Shown: one piece after another, positions 10,421 to 19,800 of the stretch
Layout of the letters: each line of letters starts with the position of its first letter
Numbering within the stretch: position 1 is the first letter of the stretch
Origin: a virus
Lineage: Duplodnaviria; Caudoviricetes
IMG/VR virus record: IMGVR_UViG_3300001528_000208
Location: 32,001 to 96,000 of that record
Reading direction: 5' to 3' (one strand)
Length of the DNA: 64,000 nt
Program-made: the position numbers and the translations under genes
The notes under the pieces: generated by a model
What the model saw: the letters and a program-made list of their open reading frames with translations, nothing else
What the model was told of the DNA's origin: nothing
The model's database searches: none

Positions 10421-10750
10421 ATGAAAGTTTTGGATAATTTTATCTTTTTTAGTGAAGCGACTGCGGCTGGTGAAAGCAATGTTCTTTCCAACCCTAACCT
10501 TGGCTCACAGATTATTGTTCAGGCTGGTGGCACCGCGACCAACTTTGAAGTGCAGATTCTTGGTCAAGCCGACATCAATGCCGATTTTACGCCGCTTTCT
10601 TGTATCAATATGACAAGCTTCGACGCGGATAGCAAGATTGCTGTTGCTGGCATTTATGCCGTTCCCGCCGATGGAATCTGCAAAATTAAGGCTGAAATTA
10701 AGTCCGTCGCAGGTGGCAATGTGACCGTGTTTGGAAGGCTGGGTGAGTAA
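10421..10750 (+). CDS. Hypothetical virion protein
   Basis: RBS AAGGTGA; beta-rich, 109 aa. Confidence 0.55.
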   Translation: MKVLDNFIFFSEATAAGESNVLSNPNLGSQIIVQAGGTATNFEVQILGQADINADFTPLSCINMTSFDADSKIAVAGIYAVPADGICKIKAEIKSVAGGNVTVFGRLGE

Positions 10751-11938
10751 ATGGCGACTGATAATATAGCGCGCGGTTTAGCCGCGCACGCCCTGTCGGT
10801 TGCTGTTGCTGGCGGTGGCGACCACCCCGTTGAATCCGTAAACGGCAAAACCGGTAAGGTTAATCTTACCGCCGCAGATGTTGGCGCTGAACCCGTTGGT
10901 TCCGCCACTAAGTTCGTCATCAACCTGACCGAAGACGTCGAAAACGGCACTTATGCCGCCGACAAGACGTGGGCGCAGATTAAAGTCGCCTATGAAGGTG
11001 GAAAGGTTTTAGCTGTCCATATTGGAAGTAGCGAGTTGCCCATGATTAACGGACAGATTTCTGATGGCGCCGCTGGGTTCACGTTTGGTTACACCAATAT
11101 CATTGCAGATGGAACCGCTGTTCACACGCGCGCAATTCACTACCTGTACACGGATTCTGTAGAAACTTGGGAAGACGCCGACGCAGAAGGCGAATATCTT
11201 CCTGTTTCTGGCGGCACTATGGCGGGCGCACTTCTTCTTGCTGCCGACCCCGTCTCTGATACTGGTGCTGCGACAAAGAAATACGTAGATGACCGTCGCT
11301 TCAAAGTGACATTCCAGCGCGACCCCGTCGCCGGTCTGAATGCCGACCATTCCTTTGCGGACATTTCTGCCGCTGTCACGGACAACAAAAACGTTGTTGC
11401 GGTACTTGATAACAACGAATATCCGCTGACGTATGAATCTGAAAAGGTTCATGTTGATGGCGTTGCGCCGCTTTATATCGGTTCCACAATCGAAGCGTCT
11501 GGCACTAATGGTGCGCGTCTGACTGGCACGACATCTGGCGATGCAGCCTTCGTGAAGGCAGACACGCAGGCGGATTACATTCCTGTTTATGTTGGTACGC
11601 CGACTGCGCCTAATCACGCCGTTAATCTGGCGTATCTTGCACAGGAAGTCAAAGACGATTCTGCCACCAAGAATCATGTTTCTGTTGCCAAGAATGCGGC
11701 AATCACTATTGGGCTGACAGATGGCGTCTATTTTGTTTCCGCCTGTGATAGCATTCATCGCGGTCTTTCCGTGGTCTATATGTGCGGTTCCACTACTACC
11801 ATTTCCGGTCTTAGTGGTATGGCTGGCTGGGAGGTTACCAAGGGTGGTGTTGACAACAGCCTTTATATTAACAACAAATCTGACGCAGCTGCACTCGAAG
11901 TCTATATTGTTGCTATTGGCGCTGGTTCTGCGTATTAA
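10751..11938 (+). CDS. Tail fiber-like protein
   Basis: VESVNGKTGKVNLTAADVGA, YLPVSGGTMAG and AATKKYVD motifs. Confidence 0.75.
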   Translation: MATDNIARGLAAHALSVAVAGGGDHPVESVNGKTGKVNLTAADVGAEPVGSATKFVINLTEDVENGTYAADKTWAQIKVAYEGGKVLAVHIGSSELPMINGQISDGAAGFTFGYTNIIADGTAVHTRAIHYLYTDSVETWEDADAEGEYLPVSGGTMAGALLLAADPVSDTGAATKKYVDDRRFKVTFQRDPVAGLNADHSFADISAAVTDNKNVVAVLDNNEYPLTYESEKVHVDGVAPLYIGSTIEASGTNGARLTGTTSGDAAFVKADTQADYIPVYVGTPTAPNHAVNLAYLAQEVKDDSATKNHVSVAKNAAITIGLTDGVYFVSACDSIHRGLSVVYMCGSTTTISGLSGMAGWEVTKGGVDNSLYINNKSDAAALEVYIVAIGAGSAY

Positions 11939-11950
11939 GGTGGTGGTTAT

Positions 11951-12496
11951 GTGATTACATTTGATAATTGGGTAATCAAGAACGTTGGTTACCCGTTGGC
12001 AATGCAATACGACCACATGACGCGCGAACTGTATATTTCTGGCGACATCCCTGAAGGCTATACATGGGACGTTCTTTGCCGCTACAAGCGTGAATTAAAT
12101 ATCATTCGGCTTGAAGCTGTTGATGGCGGCATTTCTACGCTGCTGACGAAACACGACCTTGCGAATAATGGAACTTATATTATTCAGTTGCGTGGCACCA
12201 AGGATGGAACTGTGCGACACAGCAACGCGATTCAGGTCGAAGTGCCGAAGTCGCTTTCTGGTGATGACCAGTGGCCCCTTGTCCCAAGCGAATTTTCGCA
12301 GATGGAAGCGCGCATTAACGCGATTGCCAAAGAATCGGACGACTTGAACAACCATCCACCTAAGCCAGACCCGACTGGCTATTGGGATATTTGGAATCCC
12401 GAAAAGCAGGAATACGAACTTAGCGATATTCCCGTATCAAACGTTTCACCCATTTCCTACGACATCATTAGCGGCGGTGGCGCTGCGATTGATTAA
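11951..12496 (+). CDS. Tail/baseplate-associated protein (BppU-N-like)
   Basis: QYDHMTREL and QLRGT motifs; tail context. Confidence 0.45.
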   Translation: MITFDNWVIKNVGYPLAMQYDHMTRELYISGDIPEGYTWDVLCRYKRELNIIRLEAVDGGISTLLTKHDLANNGTYIIQLRGTKDGTVRHSNAIQVEVPKSLSGDDQWPLVPSEFSQMEARINAIAKESDDLNNHPPKPDPTGYWDIWNPEKQEYELSDIPVSNVSPISYDIISGGGAAID

Positions 12497-12515
12497 ACTA
12501 TGATGGAGGTATAAT

Positions 12516-13571
12516 ATGGCAGACAAAGTTTTGAATGTCAGAATTCAACTTCGTCACGACACAGAAGCAAATTGGACTACGGTTGACCCCGTGCTTCTGG
12601 CTGGCGAAGCTGCTGTGACCCTTGATGGCGACAACAAGGGGAGAATTAAGATTGGCGACGGCACTTCCAAGTGGAGTGCGCTTGACTATCTTGGCGGCGA
12701 GGACACCTTGCTCGCTAAGAGTGTTATGTTCGATAGCGACATGGTGTTCACCGAACAGTTTGGTAAGTATAAGCCGACTGGCGGCAAGGTCACTATCCCG
12801 TCCAACAACAAGTCCCTGTATGAAGTTCTTATTGACGCTTATTCCGAAGATAAGAACCCGACCATTACCCAGCCCAGCATGACCATCTCCAGTTCTACTG
12901 CGAAGGCATACGAAGTTGGCACGAATGTTACGCCCGCTTATTCCAGTTCCTTCAACGCTGGTAGCTACGAATATGGCCCCAATCCGACTGGCGTTACCGC
13001 CACGACCTATGCGGCGTCTAACAATAAGACGGATGAAACTGCCAGCACCGCAAGTGGTACGTTTGCCGAGTATCAGGTTGTCGATGGTTCCAACTACAAC
13101 ATCACGCTTGCTATCACCTATGGCGACGGTGCTGTTCCCAAGACTGCACTTGGCGCCAATTATGATGCAGGCAAAATTGTCGGCAAGACTATCAGCAAGA
13201 CCAGTTCCAACATCAGTGGCTATCGTAACAGCTTCTATGGCACGACCACCGATGTTGCTGCTGAAACTACCAGCGACGTTATTCGTGGTCTTTCTCAGAA
13301 GTCTAACAAGGCGCTTGCTAATGGTAACACCTTTACCGTCAACATTCCCGTTGGTGCCCAGCGTGTTATTATTGCGTATCCCGCGACCCTGCGTGCTGTG
13401 ACTTCCATTAAGGACGTTAACGGTCTGAATGCTGATATTACTTCCGCGTTTGCTTCTTCCACCGTTTCTGTTGCCGGCGCTAATGGCTATAGTCCGATTG
13501 AATATCGCGTCTATACGCAGGACTATGCAAAGCCCAACGATACGGCTAACACCTATTCGGTGACTATCTAA
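12516..13571 (+). CDS. Tail fiber protein with Mtd-N/hyaluronidase-N-like domain
   Basis: RIQLRHDTEANWTTVDPVLLAGE...KIGDG. Confidence 0.75.
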   Translation: MADKVLNVRIQLRHDTEANWTTVDPVLLAGEAAVTLDGDNKGRIKIGDGTSKWSALDYLGGEDTLLAKSVMFDSDMVFTEQFGKYKPTGGKVTIPSNNKSLYEVLIDAYSEDKNPTITQPSMTISSSTAKAYEVGTNVTPAYSSSFNAGSYEYGPNPTGVTATTYAASNNKTDETASTASGTFAEYQVVDGSNYNITLAITYGDGAVPKTALGANYDAGKIVGKTISKTSSNISGYRNSFYGTTTDVAAETTSDVIRGLSQKSNKALANGNTFTVNIPVGAQRVIIAYPATLRAVTSIKDVNGLNADITSAFASSTVSVAGANGYSPIEYRVYTQDYAKPNDTANTYSVTI

Positions 13572-13590
13572 GGAAGGGAGGACATATATA

Positions 13591-14004
13591 ATGGCTATTT
13601 CTAATCTGCCCAAGCTTAACTTTAGTGTGCCGTTTGCAATGACTGCGGCACTTCCGCTTGAGTACAATGCGTATTTCGACAGCTATGATTCCGCTGTTGC
13701 CGCCGCCGCCACTGCGGACGTCCCCGGCAGCACTACTACGGTCTACTACTACGGTCAGAAGATTGTTGTTGTTGGCGAAACTTCTGCCGACCTGTACATC
13801 ATTCAGCCCGACAAGACGCTGAAGGCCGCTGGTACTATTCCCATTGCGACCGATACGCTTCTTGGTGTTGTGAAGAGTTCCGCTGAAATCAATAAGATTG
13901 CCGTTGGCGCCGATGGCGTTATGTCCGTCAATACTATTTCCACCGATAAGCTTGAACAGGGTTCTGACACCATTGTTTGGAACGGTGGCGGCGCTTCCGT
14001 TTAA
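13591..14004 (+). CDS. Tail fiber-associated protein
   Basis: YYYGQ and PIATDTLLGVVK motifs. Confidence 0.55.
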   Translation: MAISNLPKLNFSVPFAMTAALPLEYNAYFDSYDSAVAAAATADVPGSTTTVYYYGQKIVVVGETSADLYIIQPDKTLKAAGTIPIATDTLLGVVKSSAEINKIAVGADGVMSVNTISTDKLEQGSDTIVWNGGGASV

Positions 14005-14020
14005 TTGGAGGTAAACAAAC

Positions 14021-14809
14021 ATGGCTACTAAGAATTTTAATGCACGTATTTCGCTGAAGTACGACAGTTATGCAAATTGGCTTGCTAACGACCCTGTTCT
14101 TCTGGTGGGTGAAGTTGCTATTGCGACTATCCCCACCAAAAAGGATGGCATTGAGCAGGTTCCCGCCGTCATTATGAAGGTCGGCGATGGTACCAGCAAG
14201 TATAGCGAACTGTCGTTCGTCAGCGGTCTTGCTGCTGACATCTATGACTGGGCGAAGGCTGCTACGAAGCCCAGCTACACCGCCGACGAAATCAGCGGTC
14301 TTGACACCTATATTTCCGGTCAGATTCAGGACACTAATACCCAGTATCAGATTGTTGTTGACCAGACTAACCCGCGCAAGTTCCAGCTTCAGTCCCACGA
14401 AAAGGGCGTAACTGAATGGACTAATGTTGGCGACCCGATTGAGATTCCTGCCAGCACGCTGGTGACCGGTGACGATAACGGTACTGTTAAGTTCAATGGT
14501 ACCGATGTCGCTGTCAAGGGTCTTGGTTCTGCCGCTTATGCCAATACCGGCGCGTTTGATGCTGCCGGTGCCGCCGCCGACGTTCTTGGTAGTGATGCCG
14601 ACACTGCTGGCGATGCTACCGTCTATGGTGCGAACAAGGCTGCTGCTGCTGCGCAGGCTAAGGCGGATACCAACGCTACTGAAATAGCCAAGAAGATTGA
14701 CGCGACTTCTGTCAGCGCCATTGGTAAGTCTGGCAACATCAATGATGCAATCCAGTCTACTGGCGACTACATCATCTTCAACTGCGGCACTTCTGACACT
14801 GTTATCTGA
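14021..14809 (+). CDS. Tail fiber protein with Mtd-N-like domain
   Basis: RISLKYDSYANWLANDPVLLVGE...KVGDG. Confidence 0.7.
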   Translation: MATKNFNARISLKYDSYANWLANDPVLLVGEVAIATIPTKKDGIEQVPAVIMKVGDGTSKYSELSFVSGLAADIYDWAKAATKPSYTADEISGLDTYISGQIQDTNTQYQIVVDQTNPRKFQLQSHEKGVTEWTNVGDPIEIPASTLVTGDDNGTVKFNGTDVAVKGLGSAAYANTGAFDAAGAAADVLGSDADTAGDATVYGANKAAAAAQAKADTNATEIAKKIDATSVSAIGKSGNINDAIQSTGDYIIFNCGTSDTVI

Positions 14810-14870
14810 TTTTAACGGAAAGGGCGTCGTCGCTTGATGGCGCCCTATTCCAAAGAAAGGAAGGGCTGTT

Positions 14871-15149
14871 ATGGCTACAAAAACCTATAACGCTCGCGTT
14901 CAAAATAAGCGCGACACAAGCGCAAACTGGACTAAAAATGACCCAGTTCTTTTAGATGGTGAAATCATTATTGTTGATACGTCCGCAGGTGAAGTTCGGT
15001 ATAAGGTTGGCGACGGAACAAAGAAATATTCGAAACTTCCGTTCACCGATGAAGTCATGCTGACCCTTATTTCCAGCAAGGCCGACGCCGTTCCCTATTC
15101 GCTTGTCAAGAATAGTGACAATAGTTTAAGTCTTGTTTGGGAGGAATAA
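14871..15149 (+). CDS. Stand-alone Mtd-N-like domain protein
   Basis: RVQNKRDTSANWTKNDPVLLDGE...KVGDG...LPF. Confidence 0.7.
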   Translation: MATKTYNARVQNKRDTSANWTKNDPVLLDGEIIIVDTSAGEVRYKVGDGTKKYSKLPFTDEVMLTLISSKADAVPYSLVKNSDNSLSLVWEE

Positions 15150-15152
15150 CAA

Positions 15153-15509
15153 ATGGCAACAACTACTATTGATTTGCTTAAGAATTCATCTTTCGAAGCG
15201 AAGATGGATTTGCTGATTACTGCGCTTTCTGGTGGCGGTAGCAGCGGTGTTCCGAATGGCGCTATCATTATGTGGTCTGGTTCTGTTGCGACCATTCCCG
15301 ATGGTTTTTCGCTGTGTAATGGTGAAAATGGAACGCCAGACCTTCGAAACCGATTTGTGATTGGTGCTGGCGGTTCTTACGCCGTTGGCGCAACTGGTGG
15401 CGGTTCTGCGACTACTTCGGTCGGCGATGTTGTTGCTGGCCCACAGGCGACCGTATCGACTTCCGCGCTTCCGCCGTACTACGCGCTTTGTTATATCATG
15501 AAGACTTGA
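15153..15509 (+). CDS. Tail-collar-like protein
   Basis: VPNGAIIMWSG..IPDGFSLCNGENGTPDLRNRF...PPYYALCYIMK. Confidence 0.8.
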   Translation: MATTTIDLLKNSSFEAKMDLLITALSGGGSSGVPNGAIIMWSGSVATIPDGFSLCNGENGTPDLRNRFVIGAGGSYAVGATGGGSATTSVGDVVAGPQATVSTSALPPYYALCYIMKT

Positions 15510-15534
15510 CAAATGTTCAAGTCTGTGCTATAAT
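15506..15534 (+). promoter_or_regulatory. SigA-type promoter
   Basis: TTGACA-17-TATAAT with extended TG; the -35 overlaps the upstream TGA stop. Confidence 0.8.
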
Positions 15535-15586
15535 ACAAACAATAGTGGTAGTCCACTGAAATTATATTTTGAAGGAGATTCTAAAC

Positions 15587-16069
15587 ATGGCTATTCTTAC
15601 TCGTATTGCTTCTGATGGTATGCCCATCGAAATGACTGACTGCACGATGGACAAGTCCCATACCAAGCTTGCCGTCATTGCGCCCACCTATAAGCGTTAT
15701 CCCGAGCGCGCTGGCAAGACCATCACGGTTGACCCTTGCTGGGAAATTACCTATGACGACCGTGGCTACTTCGCTTCCATGAAGAACACTGCTGGCAAGG
15801 TTGCTGCGCCCAGACATAACTTCGCGTTTGTCAACGAAGCTGCTGGCGATGTTCAGGTTCCTGGCATGGGCACCTATTACAAGGATTGCACCGCGTCTTC
15901 CGACGACGGCATCCTGTTCACCATCTATGATGGCGCGACCAACTTCGTCTGTCTGGCGAATGTCGTCACCAAGGAGGTCATTCCCAATGTTGGCGACCCC
16001 AGCGACAAGAAGCACGTCGAATATATGTCTTCCTATGGCGAGGCATTCCTGAAGGCTTATCTGCACTAA
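15587..16069 (+). CDS. Hypothetical protein in its own transcription unit (moron-like)
   Basis: RBS AAGGAG; own promoter and downstream terminator. Confidence 0.7.
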   Translation: MAILTRIASDGMPIEMTDCTMDKSHTKLAVIAPTYKRYPERAGKTITVDPCWEITYDDRGYFASMKNTAGKVAAPRHNFAFVNEAAGDVQVPGMGTYYKDCTASSDDGILFTIYDGATNFVCLANVVTKEVIPNVGDPSDKKHVEYMSSYGEAFLKAYLH

Positions 16070-16087
16070 GGGTTAGACCAAAGTTCA

Positions 16088-16118
16088 AAAGAGGGGCGGT
16101 TCTTCCGCCCCTCTTTCT
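16088..16118 (+). terminator. Intrinsic terminator
   Basis: AAAGAGGGGCGG-TTCTT-CCGCCCCTCTTT. Confidence 0.75.
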
Positions 16119-16135
16119 TATTTAGGAGGGTTCCC

Positions 16136-16423
16136 ATGAAGATTTCTACTATGAAAAAGTGGGGCATCCTGTCATGGGGTCTCACTATTATTATTTCTGC
16201 AATCACCATGTATTCCGTGTTTAGCGGGAACGGCGATGCCAACATTCTGATGCAGATTTGCGCCCTTGCATGGGCTGACACTGGTGTGTTCACTGGCGCC
16301 TATGCGTTCAAAGAACGTGCAGAAAACAAGAAAAAGATTGCCGTTGGCATGGTAAAAGACTTGTCTGCTGAATACGGCATCGAAAACGTTGCGCCGCTGG
16401 TTCAGGCGATTATTCAGGATTAA
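16136..16423 (+). CDS. Holin-like membrane protein
   Basis: Two hydrophobic segments; directly upstream of the endolysin. Confidence 0.55.
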   Translation: MKISTMKKWGILSWGLTIIISAITMYSVFSGNGDANILMQICALAWADTGVFTGAYAFKERAENKKKIAVGMVKDLSAEYGIENVAPLVQAIIQD

Positions 16424-16432
16424 GGTGATGTC

Positions 16433-17146
16433 ATGGCGACAAAAGCTGAAATCGAAAAAGTAATCGCAACCGGTATGAAATATATCGGTACCACCAGCAA
16501 GAACAACAATGTAATTTTTAATACGGAATATTACGGGCGCGAAGTTTCTGGCGCGGACTATGCGTGGTGCGTTGTGTTCCAGTGGTATATTTTTCGCGAA
16601 GCTGGGCTGGCGAAGCATTTCTTTAATGGCGCGAAAGTTGCTGGTTGTTCCGCCGCGCGTAAATATCATGAAGCTGTTGGTCAGGTGGTCTATGGCGACT
16701 ATCAGCGCGGCGACCTTCTGCTGTTTGATTTTGACGGCAAGAAGAAGCGCACGCAGCATATCGGCATCTGCCTTGAAAATAACGGCAAGACTGTGAAATC
16801 GCTTGATGGCAATACCAGCAGCAAAAGCGAAGATAACGGCGGAACGGTCAATATTCGCGAACGCGCCTTGAAGTATGTAACGTGCGCCATTCGCTGGTGG
16901 AAGGCGACGCCGTCGCGCACTTATGTTTCTACGTTTGCGCCAATCTTGAAGAACGGTGACGTAGGATACCCCGTAGACGTCCTACAGTACGCCCTGAAGG
17001 CGCGTGGCTACTATTCCGATAACTTAGACGGGTCTTTTGGAAACAACACTGTGGCGGCTGTGAAGGCGCTACAGAAGGCTTCTAAAATCGCGCAGACGGG
17101 CAAGATGGATAAGAATACGTGGGAAAAATTATTGCGGGGTGATTAA
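16433..17146 (+). CDS. Endolysin (CHAP domain plus peptidoglycan-binding domain)
   Basis: AWCVVF, HIGI and DGNT catalytic motifs; C-terminal DGSFGNNT..AVKALQ. Confidence 0.9.
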   Translation: MATKAEIEKVIATGMKYIGTTSKNNNVIFNTEYYGREVSGADYAWCVVFQWYIFREAGLAKHFFNGAKVAGCSAARKYHEAVGQVVYGDYQRGDLLLFDFDGKKKRTQHIGICLENNGKTVKSLDGNTSSKSEDNGGTVNIRERALKYVTCAIRWWKATPSRTYVSTFAPILKNGDVGYPVDVLQYALKARGYYSDNLDGSFGNNTVAAVKALQKASKIAQTGKMDKNTWEKLLRGD

Positions 17147-17536
17147 ATGCTATCTATTATTATCGAAAATTTAGAACTGGTTGGCATTGCAATGGGGTTG
17201 TTCGTCGGTTCTGTTGCTGCCAACACGCTTCTTGGCTTATATAACAACATCAAGATTCTGATGCAGCCGTTTGATAAACAGCGTCTGATTGATACGGGGC
17301 TGAAAACCGGCTGTCTTGTCGTCAGCATTATTCTGATGGTTTTGGTTGTCACGGTGATGCCCGTGTTCTGCAACAATGTTGGGTTCCCGATTCCTGACGA
17401 ATACATTGATGTTTTCAGCAATCTGACGATTATTGGCGCGGCTGTTATTCCGTCTTGTAAGTATCTGAAGGATGCTTATAACAAGCTGTGTAACATTTTC
17501 AACAATATGAATAAAGCCTTGGCAAATCAGGCGTAA
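17147..17536 (+). CDS. Holin-like membrane protein
   Basis: Three hydrophobic segments; directly after the endolysin. Confidence 0.6.
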   Translation: MLSIIIENLELVGIAMGLFVGSVAANTLLGLYNNIKILMQPFDKQRLIDTGLKTGCLVVSIILMVLVVTVMPVFCNNVGFPIPDEYIDVFSNLTIIGAAVIPSCKYLKDAYNKLCNIFNNMNKALANQA

Positions 17537-17548
17537 GGAGGTATAATC

Positions 17549-17968
17549 ATGGCATATACGAAAACTGTATGGGTGAACAATCAGGCGCCTGCAATCAATG
17601 CGGACAATCTGAACAAGATTGAACAGGGAATTTATGACACGGACGCGGGCGTTACCGCTGCGAATGGCAGAATTGACACGACCAATAGTAACGTGACGGC
17701 GCTGACCACCGAAGTCGGCAAGAAGACCGTTAGTTACGCTATTCAGGTAACACTGACGTCGGCTGGTTGGTCTGGTGGTGCGCAGACGGTTAGCGCGGCG
17801 CACGTCACGGCGACGAATTCTGTTGTTGTGTCGCCGATTCCCGCTCATCAGGACGCTTATAGCACTGCGGGTATTCTTTGCACGGAACAGGCGGCTGGAA
17901 CGTTGAAATTTACCTGCACTTCTGACCCGACTGCGAATATCACCGTCAACGTTTATATTGCTGAATAA
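17549..17968 (+). CDS. Tail-associated protein
   Basis: YTKTVWVN...INADNLNKIEQGI motif. Confidence 0.65.
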   Translation: MAYTKTVWVNNQAPAINADNLNKIEQGIYDTDAGVTAANGRIDTTNSNVTALTTEVGKKTVSYAIQVTLTSAGWSGGAQTVSAAHVTATNSVVVSPIPAHQDAYSTAGILCTEQAAGTLKFTCTSDPTANITVNVYIAE

Positions 17969-17980
17969 GGCGGTGGTCAT

Positions 17981-19012
17981 GTGATTTTTAACAGATATGC
18001 ACGTGGCGGTGGTGGCGGTGGACTTGGCGCGTTGATTTACGTGACGGTCGAAGCTGGCAGTACCGTAACGGCAACCATGGGAACAATGACACGCAACGCC
18101 GTGTATAGTCAAGGTGTTTATGTGATTGATATTCCCGCATTTGGCGATTGGGTTGTAACGGCAACAAAGGGCGCGAATACGGCAACGGCGACCGTTTCGG
18201 TGACGAAGGCGGGGATGTATGAAATCACGTTAAAGTATATTAGTGCGACGCTAAACGACAATGATTGGGCAACGATTTGCGATATTGCAGACGCAAATGA
18301 AGGCTCCAATTATTGGTCTATCGGAGACACGAAGCAAATCGTAATTAACGGTAAACTTTCCGACGGATTGACCCTATCAAACTATTCTACATGGGTTTAC
18401 ATTATAGGCTTTGACCACAATTCGTCCGTTGAAGGCACGGGCATTGCGTTTCAGGGCTTCAAGACTGCGCAAACGGGCGGCATTGATGTGGCGTTGGTTG
18501 ATAGTGGGATTGACTCTGCTAAAACCAGTGGTCAGTGGTTCAATATGAATAACGCATCCACGATAAGCACCGGTGGTTGGAAAGATAGTTTGATGAGAAC
18601 TGTAACGATTCCAGTTGTAAAGTCTGCTTTCCCGAATGACTTGATATCCGTTATTAAAAAGACTAATATTTACAGTGATAACACCGGTGGTGCAAGTGAA
18701 GCTGCATCATATGTCACTGCTACGCAAGACGACCTATATCTTCTTGCTGAGTACGAAGCGTTTGGTACAAGAACTTATGCTAATACTGCCGAACAGAATT
18801 ATCAGCAGCAATACGCCTACTACTCGTCTGGTAATAGTAGAATTAAATATCGCCACAATTCTACTGCAACTGGCGTGGTTTGGTGGGAACGTTCCGTTCG
18901 TGCAGCATATTCTGGATATTTCTGTAGTGTGGGGACTGCTGGAGATCCTTTTATTGGACAGGCGAGTACCGACCGTGGTCTTGCCCCGGCATTTAAAGTT
19001 GGGGGGGGGTAA
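17981..19012 (+). CDS. Paralog of the DGR target (lectin-like receptor-binding protein), ending in a G9 tract
   Basis: Colinear high similarity to 6766..7782 (NYWS.GDTKQI.INGK.SDGLTLSNYST..., WWERSV). Confidence 0.9.
   Translation: MIFNRYARGGGGGGLGALIYVTVEAGSTVTATMGTMTRNAVYSQGVYVIDIPAFGDWVVTATKGANTATATVSVTKAGMYEITLKYISATLNDNDWATICDIADANEGSNYWSIGDTKQIVINGKLSDGLTLSNYSTWVYIIGFDHNSSVEGTGIAFQGFKTAQTGGIDVALVDSGIDSAKTSGQWFNMNNASTISTGGWKDSLMRTVTIPVVKSAFPNDLISVIKKTNIYSDNTGGASEAASYVTATQDDLYLLAEYEAFGTRTYANTAEQNYQQQYAYYSSGNSRIKYRHNSTATGVVWWERSVRAAYSGYFCSVGTAGDPFIGQASTDRGLAPAFKVGGG
19001..19009 (+). repeat. G9 homopolymer at a frame junction
   Basis: GTT GGG GGG GGG TAA; the -1 frame is open from 18997 to 19704. 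Confidence 0.9.
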
Positions 19013-19704
19013 CAACTAACCCTATTTCTGACCTGTCTGTTGGTGATTCGGTTTATATAAAGGAAGACGGAACCGATGTTGAATATCTGATTGTCCATAG
19101 GGGTAATCCAGATTCTTCTGTGTATGATTCGTCTTGCGATGGAACGTGGTTGTTACGCAAGACAGTATTCCCGAATGTCGCTTGGAACGCTACAGCTTCG
19201 TCCAACTGGACCACGTGCGACGTTATGAAGTGGTTGCGTGACACGTATCCATCTACTACCAATGTTTCGTCTATAATGAACACAGCAAAGGTACCATATA
19301 TTGGAACACAGATGAACCAGATTATTTCTGGGGCAAATGGAAACGCTGCCAAATGTTTCCTTCTTAGTAATGCTGAAGCTGGATTCCTGACCGACACAAA
19401 CGCAACGAAATCTTTGAATGTGTGTGGCGCCAAGCTTGATTATTTTGATGAAACATCAACCACTGTGGCATCCAGTAAGCGCATTGCCTATAGTTACACT
19501 AATGCATCTACTGCTGTATCTTGGTGGTTGCGTACTCAGCCGCTGTCAAATCAAAGCAACGCAGAGTTTTGTGGCCTATATGGTGGCCATGGTCACGGCA
19601 GCGTGACGTATACGTCTGCGATGGGACAGGTATTTGGCGTTCGTCCGTGCTTCATTGTTCCGAATGATACGCTAATCGACAGTAATCACAATATCGTCGT
19701 ATAA
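19009..19704 (+). CDS. Second DUF6273-like lectin domain lacking its own start, probably reached by a frameshift or G-tract change (annotated GTG at 19120 is inside the domain)
   Basis: ISDLSVGDSVYIKEDG..EYLIVHRGNP...YDSSCDGTWLLRK...WWLR...GVRP. No ATG/GTG/TTG between TAA 18994 and 19120. Confidence 0.75.
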   Translation, partial: VTTNPISDLSVGDSVYIKEDGTDVEYLIVHRGNPDSSVYDSSCDGTWLLRKTVFPNVAWNATASSNWTTCDVMKWLRDTYPSTTNVSSIMNTAKVPYIGTQMNQIISGANGNAAKCFLLSNAEAGFLTDTNATKSLNVCGAKLDYFDETSTTVASSKRIAYSYTNASTAVSWWLRTQPLSNQSNAEFCGLYGGHGHGSVTYTSAMGQVFGVRPCFIVPNDTLIDSNHNIVV

Positions 19705-19712
19705 AGAATAAC

Positions 19713-19741
19713 TTGACAAAAATCAAACCGTGCGCTATAAT
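19713..19741 (+). promoter_or_regulatory. SigA-type promoter
   Basis: TTGACA-17-TATAAT. Confidence 0.8.
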
Positions 19742-19800
19742 TAGGATAATCAAGGGCGGACAATCTTCGCCCTTGACGATTCTAATATGCGGAGGCAATC

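Noticed and set aside
18872-18997. Second active target of the TR at 8440
   Set aside because: Numerous mismatches at non-adenine TR positions and no downstream hairpin.
18992-18998. TTTAAAG as the -1 slippery heptamer
   Set aside because: It is not in the X XXY YYZ phase, and the -1 frame has a TAA at 18994. The G tract is the only workable crossover.
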